A program made the position numbers and the translations under genes. Below, piece after piece: positions 54,922-64,000 of a stretch of 64,000 nt of DNA. The notes beneath the pieces are model-generated. The model was not told where the DNA came from. It ran no database searches and saw only the letters and a list, made by a program, of their open reading frames with translations. Numbering within the stretch: position 1 is the first letter of the stretch; the number at the start of each line of letters is the position of its first letter. This DNA is from Eledone cirrhosa. Its lineage: Eukaryota. The stretch lies in assembly GCA_964016885.1 (NCBI GenBank), contig OZ024746.1, positions 89,900,001-89,964,000 on the forward strand. Reading direction: 5' to 3'.

Positions 54922-55072
54922 ACTAAAGAGTTTACCCTGATAGTGGGATTTAGAACCCTCTAAAAAATGGAAAAAGATGAGTATTGACGTACATTTAGAT
55001 CAACACTCATCTTTTTCCATGTTTAGATAGTTCTAAATAAACCCCACTATCAGGCTAAACATTTCTTTAGTA
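54921..55072. repeat. ~150-bp fold-back; partial homolog at 44601-44695
   Basis: tactaaaga..cctgatagtggg..atggaaaaagatgagt pairs with actcatctttttccat..cccactatcagg..tctttagta. Confidence 0.8.
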
Positions 55073-55191
55073 AAAAAATACGGTGAAATCTTCTATTTCT
55101 AATTTCAAACTCGCTCGCTGTTTCAAAACATACTTTCATATATACATACACACGCACAAACACACACATACATACATACCCCCCCCCCCCC

Positions 55192-55231
<40 letters not shown>

Positions 55232-55804
55232 ACAGATAGAGGCGTAAGTTTCCGCATAAAAGCAAACATTTGATGTACAATCACACCCATACATACTACT
55301 CGATCCCGCATAATACGTGTGCATATTCCTATAAATTAAACAAATCAAAAGAAAAAAATTAACAGACACTAAACATATCTATGCACAAATCTGAATTTAG
55401 TAATTTCAGAAATATCTGACGTAAGATGTGTATTGAATTAGATAATTTTATGATTTAAACTTCGATTTAAATTCAGTCGTGAAGAAATTGTTTCAAATCC
55501 ATGATAAGCACCAGATTTAATGGTGATTACTGGCTTCGTTGCATCAAGTTACACTTGAGAGAACATAGATTTGTGCTTTGTGCAGTTATAATAATCACAT
55601 CATTATGGTGTTATCAACATTTCAATAAAATATTCTGGTGCTTTTCATTTTACAATTCTTTGAATATATAAATATATCCGTTGTGTGAAATACATAAGCA
55701 GGCAAGCAAATAACTTTCACTAAGTTGATGATAGCGATATCCATTAACATTATCAATGTCACGGTTATCGTCAAGATCTTCATTTTACTATCATTATTTT
55801 TATG

Positions 55805-55908
55805 ATCTGAGTTCAAATCCCGCTGAGGTTAACTTTGCCTTTCATCCTTACAAGTACCAGTAATGTACTGTTGATTGCTGGCCTTGTGCCTAAAATAGAA
55901 ACAATTAT
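55805..55908 (+). mobile_element. SINE (partial), dominant family
   Basis: gagttcaaatccc...ctttgcctttcatcc...gaaacaattatt. Confidence 0.85.
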
Positions 55909-56921
55909 TTTAGCTTCAGGTCAAAAGTACCTAGTTAAATCGGATTGCAAATATTTGATTACTAATATGTGGCTACGTATAGATGGATAATTTATCAACA
56001 CGGCGTATAAATAAATACGTTTGAAAATCAATTTGAATGCGAAATTTTAATCACATTGCTAGAAAAATATAGATCTAAAGAGAACTCTCGTAATTGAATG
56101 AAGAATAATGAAATTGACTGCATTAAATGGTTATTGCAAGCTGATGTTTTGCGTTTTCGTCATCATCCAGATGCCACTAAAACTAAGCATATTGGTCTAC
56201 AGAACGGATGGATTAAAATGTATTATCAAGAGTGTAATATCCGGTGAAACTAAATAATATTCTAAGGGCAAAACCTTGGGTAATCTTAAATAATTTCTTT
56301 GATCCCCACAAGTGTGAACAGCCGAAACCATTGGACTTATCCAAACATCTTGCCCGGGCTCCACCCATAGCTCCTCTGCTCGTTGGTTGTGTCAATAAAT
56401 TCAGTCCAGCGATACTTTCTTGTGAAACACTAATCTGTTGACCTAATGTTGAGCCCTTGATCTCTCAATTCAGAGAATTATCAGATCTACTAGTAGTAAC
56501 TTTCTGATCTCCGAGCTCAGGACTCTATCGAGCAATTTAATCAAAATTTAATTGAATGAAACCCATTTCGCCCGCTTATGTTTACAATCTTATTTGATCG
56601 GTCATTGTACAATGTTTGGCACAAACAATGGATTGAATTTTGCCAGTTTGTGTTTTACACATAGCTCCCGTTTTCTGTTGATCAAATGCTGATGCTGGTA
56701 CATTACGACACAGGTTCATACCTATCTTGTTCAGACACTACAACATATTAATTAATGTCACAGAACCCTCATTTGAGATATGTTCACTGAAGCCTAGTAT
56801 TTTTAATCACAATCAGCGCTACTATATTCCCATTAGTTACGTATAAGATAATTACAGGGAGTCTCGTCAAAAGACTAGAAAATCTTTCCAGGTTACGTCA
56901 TATAATACCATAACACTTCAG

Positions 56922-57108
56922 ATAATTGTTTCTACTTTTGGCACAAAGTCAGCAATTACCCAGTGCATTACTGGTACTTTATTTTATCGAACCGGTAAGG
57001 ATGAAAGGCAAAGTTAATCTCGGCGGGATTTGAACTCAGAATGGCAAGGACCGTAACTCTATGCGTCAAAGCATGGCGTCCGACCCTCTATCGATACTGC
57101 CAATCCAC
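56922..57108 (-). mobile_element. SINE, dominant family
   Basis: Colinear similarity. Confidence 0.88.
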
Positions 57109-57210
57109 TTACATGAAATCTATAATAAAATAAAGGGAGGAGTGGGGGACAATGTCCGTTTTATATTTTTTTATATCCCGTTAATAAAATAAGTTGGGCT
57201 ACTTTGAATA

Positions 57211-57332
57211 AATAATTGTTTCTACTTTTTGGTACAAATCCAGCAATTACCCAGTGGATTACTGGTACTTTATTTCATCGACCCCGTAAGGATTAAAGGC
57301 AAAGTTAAACTCTGCGGGATTCGAACTCAGAA
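57211..57332 (-). mobile_element. SINE (5'-truncated), dominant family
   Basis: Colinear similarity. Confidence 0.85.
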
Positions 57333-57549
57333 ATAATGAAGGATTATATAATGTATCTACTAAATTTTGTAACACATAAGTAAGTTAATATATTACTAAT
57401 TTCAACATTTACTTCTTTTAAAAGTTTAAAATTTCAACTTCCGGTACATCGAAACAACCACTACTACCATATATATAGACATAGCGAGAACAATGACCAA
57501 ATGTATGAACAGACAGAGTGACTATGTGCTATATATATATATATATATA

Positions 57550-57729
57550 AAGGAAAAGAGTCAGGACCCCGACGGGTATTTCTGAGTTCAGAAATAGCCG
57601 TCGAAACGGCTTGAGCTCTGCCGTCGGCTCCTGACTATTTTCCTAGTACCCATTCTACTACTCCTACTCAAAGTATCGAGTACTCTGGTGCGTTATGGTC
57701 CACCTCGTTCTTTACCACACTTCCTTCGT

Positions 57730-57731
<2 letters not shown>
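57550..57731 (+). mobile_element. Hammerhead-derived fold-back pLTR remnant, same family as 6751-6920
   Basis: agaaatagccgtcgaaacggcttgagctctgccgtcg is identical to the 6.8-kb copy. Shared tail ending ccttcgttat, with (TA)n flanks. Confidence 0.75.
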
Positions 57732-57761
<30 letters not shown>

Positions 57762-58023
57762 TAACAGATTAAAGTTTAAGCAAAGAATCGCTGCTTTCAT
57801 CCTTAACGGGATCTTCTGAAACTAACAATGTCAATCTGTAAACGCAGAAGTGGATATTTCAAAAAAACGTTGCAACCGGAGGAAGACAGGAAGACGATAC
57901 TTTGGTTCGTGGAAACGTTCCCTGGCAAAGAACGGGAAAAAATGAATATAATCAGGAGTTTTAGTTATGTTTTCCTGCTGGGTACGGGTATGTTCTTTGT
58001 AGAAATATTCAGATGTTGTTTCT

Positions 58024-58074
<51 letters not shown>

Positions 58075-58541
58075 AACAGAAAGATGAAGAGATTATGATT
58101 TTTTAAATATGCTGAGGTATTAATGTATGTGTACGTATGTGCATATACATATATTTACATGTATGAGCAAATAAATGTAATCGCGGAAACACAGAAGGAC
58201 CGCATCTAGGACCACATGCAACAAAAGACATGCGAAAGGGGTGGATAAACGAGCAGCTACCAGAGCAAAAGATAACAATATAGTGAGGACCACTGGGAAA
58301 CCTCTCTAATAATTTTTGAAGTAAGCAAACACACTTGTACCGTTACCCTGGGTGATGGCGAGATTGAGGTGCTGGAAAATCCAGGCACCCTCTAAAGTAT
58401 CACCAGCTACCTCAGTTAGGTAAGCCACAAACGAAAATAAGAACCTCGCTGTCAGTAAATCGATTTACCCAAACATCTCGAACGCCACTGCCTGGAAAAT
58501 GTAGTTAATCAAAGGATCACGGTATTTTAGGATTTTATTCC

Positions 58542-58606
58542 GTCCGGCTGAGGAAGCAGTAGCTCTCGCCCTCACCACTGAAACCACTCTAAAGTGGTAA
58601 TAAGAC
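58542..58606 (+). ncRNA. Degenerate hammerhead ribozyme motif
   Basis: CTGAGGA, damaged stem II, GAAA, stem III ccact-ctaa-agtgg, GUA site. Stem I is poorly paired. Confidence 0.45.
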
Positions 58607-58644
58607 AGTGTCTGTATGTGCGCGCGCGTGAGTTTGTCGGCATT

Positions 58645-58812
58645 ATTGGCAGTATCGGTAGAGGGTTGGACGCCATGCTTTTCAGCAAAGAGGTACGGCC
58701 TTATGGTCTGAGTTCAAATTCCGCCGAGGTTAACTTTCATTCTTACCGGGTCGATAAAATAAAGTACAAGTAATACGCTGGGATAATTGCTAGCCTTGTT
58801 AGAAACAAATAT
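58645..58812 (+). mobile_element. SINE, dominant family
   Basis: tggcagtatcggtagagg...gagttcaaattcc. Confidence 0.85.
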
Positions 58813-58868
58813 TAAATTAGAGACGTATGTGTGTTTGTGTCACATATATATATATATGTCTCTGTGTG

Positions 58869-58920
<52 letters not shown>

Positions 58921-58999
58921 ATGTGTGTGTGTGTGCGTGTGTGTGTGTGTCACCGTTTTTTAAGTCAGAGACATATATGTTTGTATCCCTTTCCTTGCT

Positions 59000-59682
59000 T
59001 TTACACACACACATTGTGTGACGGATGTATGGACAAAAGTCCATCACATTTATATAGACGTGAATGGAGTTCCATTGAAGCAGATAGAGAATTCAAGTAC
59101 GTCGGGGCCGTATTCACGAGTCGAGTGATGGAAGGCAGGAGGCGGAATTTAAAGCAAGAAATGCAAAAGCTGATACAGTCATGCACCTGCTTAACCATTC
59201 ATTAATTGCAAGGGATGTAGGTGTAAAAATCCAAATTCGCTGTCTTTCTGGTATTCCTGCCAACCCCTACTTAGGGTCATGAATCTTGAGTAATGACGAA
59301 ACGAAGATGATGGTACAAGCCGAGGAAATGGAGTCCCTCCGAAGGGTCTTTGGAGTAATGTTAATCGATAAAGTGCATAGCTTAGAGATCAAATCCGCTA
59401 CTTCTCGGGATTGAGAGATCACAACTCCGATACTATCGACATGTGGTTAAAATGTATCAGGGAAGAATATCTGGACAGAGTTTACAGGCAAAACCAAGTG
59501 GCAGGAGACCCAGAAGTATACCTTGGGCAATATAGTTGGATAACATCCATGAGTTTGGCTGGTCACGCTTTGGGATCCAACTGGATGAGTTACAGTTGTT
59601 TGCTTCTGACAGACCCGCTGGAAGGATTGTTTGAGGACTTTGCCCCCATGACCCACTCAGAAATAAGTTGGCGAAGAAGATA
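59000..59682 (+). mobile_element. RTE-type LINE 3' fragment (family of 27465-28530)
   Basis: EFKYVGAVFTS, GHES, EMESLRRVFGV-like remnants and a gaagaaga end. Confidence 0.7.
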
Positions 59683-59917
59683 TTGTAAATTTACTTTTCA
59701 ATTTACATATATCTATATGCATATATATTTGCGTATAAAACCAATATGCACACTATATATGCTAGCAGAAAACTGCACGAATGGTGGTTCTTCTGCTATT
59801 GGCGAAACATTGGGATATATTGCGTTTGTTTGTCTATATTGTTTCGTTGTTCTGATCAGCTGCGAGAATGCGAAACTTTTCATAGCTATTTATTTTACAT
59901 TGTTGATTGTATTGCAA

Positions 59918-60110
59918 TTGGTGGATTGGCAGTATCGGTAGAGAGGCGGACACCATGCTTTGACGCAAAGAGTTACGTCCCTTGCCATTCTGAGTTCAAA
60001 TCCCGCCGAGGTTAACTTTGCCTTTCATCCTTACGAGGCAAATAAAATAAAATACCAGTAATGCACTGGGTAATGTGCTGGCCTTGTGCCTAAAGTAGAA
60101 ACAATTATTG
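59918..60110 (+). mobile_element. SINE, dominant family
   Basis: Full-length colinear copy with A and B boxes. Confidence 0.88.
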
Positions 60111-60871
60111 ATTTTATTGCTTAGCTACATAATCATGTCAAGAAAGAGAGAGAGAGAGTGAAAGAGATATTCCATGTGTATTTAAGTTTTACATAATCTC
60201 AGTTAATTTATATTAATCACCTTACTAAATTGTAATTATGAGCTCATTTGGCACTTCTCTTCTCTATGTAGAGATGATCAAATGTAAAGTCAATCGAAAC
60301 AGGATTTGAGCTGAGAATATTCTAATGCAAAACTAAATATTATTAAGCGTTAACTTTCACACACATTGGTACATGACTACCGAATTTTCATTAATTATAG
60401 CTGCGAGAACCTATATGAACTATAGAGAATATATCTAGGTTACGTTCACGCGAAAATTAATGAAACATTTAGTCGGGGAATTGCAATATCTGTTTTATCA
60501 CATTTTGCTATCATTCTCACTCAAAATAAACACGAGATACATATATACGATTTACGGATAACGACGCTTCCTTTTCAACATACTAAACAGAGATCTTGCT
60601 CTACAGACTTTGACCTTTCATTGCATTCTATAGAGTATTTGCATATATTGAAAATTCAATGAGTTATTATAAATAGAATTTATCAAATTCAGCTTCTGTC
60701 TTCTAATTAGTAGCACATTCATATATCCATGGCTGGAACTGTGTTTCCGTGAAGTATAACGAGAACTTAATATTTAGTTCGAATGTGTTGTTTATGGAAA
60801 AATCAATGAGCATATTTCTGTAAGATCTCATACACAATGTTTCACCAATATAGAGATAACAAGAACACCTT

Positions 60872-60906
<35 letters not shown>

Positions 60907-61539
60907 GATGATTGCTGATTTTGTCAGAATTCCACAGCTTGGTGAACTGCAGCAACTTGAAATAACGTGTTTTGTTTAAGAATAAAACTTACCTCCCGTT
61001 ATGGGATACGTACTCACGATTTTCCTATAGTGAGTTAAAACACCTACTAATGGAAGTCCGATTTGCACTAAGAGAGCCGAAACGAATACCATAAAGGAGG
61101 CTATTCGACGCGTGCGCATGTGTGTTTGTGTGCGTATGTGCAAAAGGCAAACAGAAATACCAAAGCAAACGACACGGTGCAATGAGGAATTATATTAGTA
61201 TTATTAGTAGAAAAGATTCTTAAAGTTTGGAACCTAGTACTTCATTAGAATATAGAATGAGTATTTAAAAAAGAAATATAAAGATAGAGAGTCGTTGACA
61301 GTGGCAGCTACGATAAAAAAAAAACCTACCAACACTTGGAAAATTCTTGATATTGGCATTGTTGTATAAGAAAAATAATTGTACTTGTCTTAAAAGGCGG
61401 CGATCGAACGCACCTAGCTCAACCGGAAAAACTCATTTTATATACAGATAATGTACTGTTGAGCAGTGTTTACGTAGTAAGTGCAAAAGCTTGTGGTACT
61501 GTCTAACATTAAGCGAAAAGCCACTGCAGAGAGAGGTTC

Positions 61540-62470
61540 TGAGTGAAAACGTTATAACAGAATGCCAAGGTACGAAAGCATTGAATAAAAACTATAGATA
61601 GGAACAAGAACTGGCATGGAATGAAAGGTCTTTCTGATGGAAAGTTTCCAACCGCCATTAAAGGCATTGTTGATCCTAGATGTTGATTTTAGCTTAGGAA
61701 ATTTTATTATTACTGAGACACAAAACGAGTTATGTAGAACCAAATGGTTAAAGCTAACATCGATGAATAAAAATGCTTCCGACTTTGTAGAACATGCCAT
61801 AAAGCATAAGAATATGTGGAACATATTGCAAATGGATGTGATCAATTAACAACAAAACAGTAAAAATTCCAACGTGTTCTTATAGCTAAAGGAATCCATT
61901 GGAAGAGGTGCATATAATGCAACACCGAAACGCAAGTTCAGCGGTACGAACATAGTTTTCTTGAAAGTCCCTATCAGGTGAGGTGAAGAGTTATTCTGGC
62001 ACCTCTAGATCTATAAAACAAAGTCCAACACATGCGCTCTGGTATCATTGTAAAATCAAACAAGTCCACCCAAAGAATATGGTCTCTAATTGATAGTGTG
62101 ACCCCTCATGTCCATAATATGCGTGAAAAGCAAAGGGGAAAAAATCAATATGTATGGGGATTTTGAAAGCGATGCTAGAACTCCGTACCATGTAAGTTAT
62201 GTTAGAACTCAGTACCATGTATGGTCAGAAGCAATGCCAATCGTCATTGCATCACTAGGCATGGTCCCAAAACGCCTTACATCTTTCATTAAAAGTGTTC
62301 GGATCCTCCACTTCATAGGCAGTGTCCGAATTTCTACCATCACTAGTTCAGCCACTGTTCTGCGTGATATACAGAGCCTCTGAGATCAGGAACTGACCTG
62401 AAGCCAATTAATGCTTCTCCTAGCAACCAACTGTTATGACACCTTACAAAATAATTAAAATAATCATTAT
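61540..62470 (+). mobile_element. Old R4/Dong-like LINE 3' fragment
   Basis: VEHIANGC (Zn-knuckle remnant), EKINMY, PIVIASLGMVPKRL...ATVLRDIQSL*. Confidence 0.65.
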
Positions 62471-62854
62471 TATTATAATTGTGTGCATTGTTAATATCAT
62501 CAGTAAATTTCGGTTTAAAAAATTATTCCGATTTAGAAATTTCCTATACATTGTAGCATGAAATTATTCGACTAATAAAAAAAAAACAAAAAGAAATAAG
62601 CCTTCTGATTTTTTCATAGCAGGAATTAGTTTCTCCCGCATCACTAAATAACGTAATTAGTTCTGTTTTAATATTTTGAATACAGATTGTTGTAGCTCAA
62701 ATGAACATTTTCACGAAATACATTTAGGACTTTCTATTTTTAAAATCAATATTTGATTGTAGGTTTTTCGATATCTTTATATTTGACTCTTCGGATTGAT
62801 ATAGTATCTCGAAGAAGAGTGAAAGTATAGATATGCTCTTCCTCTCAACCACAG

Positions 62855-63370
62855 AGGATGATGTGGTTGAGAAGAAGAGCAAAGCTTGGATGGCGTTCTA
62901 CAGTTTGAGATCTGTGTGGAAGTCAGACCATCGTAAAGAACTGATGATCCGTCTCTTCGTTGCTACAGTGTTGGTCTGAGAATTGCAAACTGACCAAGAA
63001 ACCCACTCAGATGGTGGATGAGTGTTACATGAGAATGATGGGTTACATGATGATGCTCTGAACATTAATAAGTATACTCTGAGGATGAAGAACTCAGATA
63101 TGTGCCGGAGCCTCCGAAAGGTCAGCTTGAAAGTGACACAGAGGAGATTGAGGTTAGCTGGACATGTGCACCGACATTCAGAGTTGACACTGCACTCGGT
63201 ACTCATGTGGGAGACCCTAACCGGACACACTAGAAGAGGGAGACCGAGCTTGACATATGTTGATGCCCTATGGAGAGACACATGTCTCTTTGAGACGCAG
63301 GACATGGCAGGGACGATGAAGGTCAAAACAACTGGAAGAACTCGTCCATGGATCTCGGGAATTTTACTCG
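62855..63370 (+). mobile_element. RTE-type LINE 3' fragment (family of 21296-21785)
   Basis: KAWMAFYSLRSVWKS, RRLRLAGHVHRH, RRGRPSLTYVD. Confidence 0.85.
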
Positions 63371-63372
63371 TC

Positions 63373-63760
<388 letters not shown>

Positions 63761-64000
63761 TCTTAGGTATGAAACGAAATTGTAGCTGCCATATAGCTCG
63801 AGCTGTTTGCGTCATTCACAAAGCACTAGATAGAGCAGTTATGTTAATATATTACCGGCCAGAGTAAATACAGCAATTAAAAAGTGTGACAGGAAACACA
63901 AAAATAAAAAAAAACACCGAAGGCACTGGCCATACATATATGACACCAAAAAGGTTGAAATCTATATAAACATATATATATACTGTGGTTACCTCCGATT

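Noticed and set aside
56213-56441. Short non-repetitive ORFs as possible host exons
   Set aside because: No recognisable domain, nearby in-frame stops and no clear splice signals.

Overview
AT-rich animal (eukaryotic) intergenic or intronic DNA packed with (TA)n and other microsatellites. The dominant tRNA-derived SINE resembles those of octopod cephalopods, but the host identity is only an inference. No host protein-coding gene, rRNA, tRNA or CRISPR array could be supported. Nearly all long ORFs in the track are microsatellite artefacts or retroelement remnants. The centrepiece is an apparently very young Penelope-like retroelement (PLE; RT plus C-terminal GIY-YIG endonuclease) inserted into (TA)n as an ~8 kb head-to-head palindrome, with 3,880-bp arms at 44792-48671 and 48885-52764. 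The longer arm is one circularly permuted unit with a 20-nt terminal redundancy. The true start codon and first 28 codons lie at its far 3' end, so a ~1,210-aa ORF can be rebuilt. The RT has a ~160-aa Asn-rich insert and an unusually long motif A-to-B' segment that looks like an insertion-in-fingers domain (IFD). A diverged sister subfamily repeats the same inverted architecture and ends at the same two positions. The window also holds a decayed Hydra-type PLE with an inverted pseudo-LTR, more than ten intact or decayed hammerhead-ribozyme motifs, several fold-back hairpins, RTE and R4/Dong-like LINE remnants, two non-autonomous Helitrons and many SINEs.
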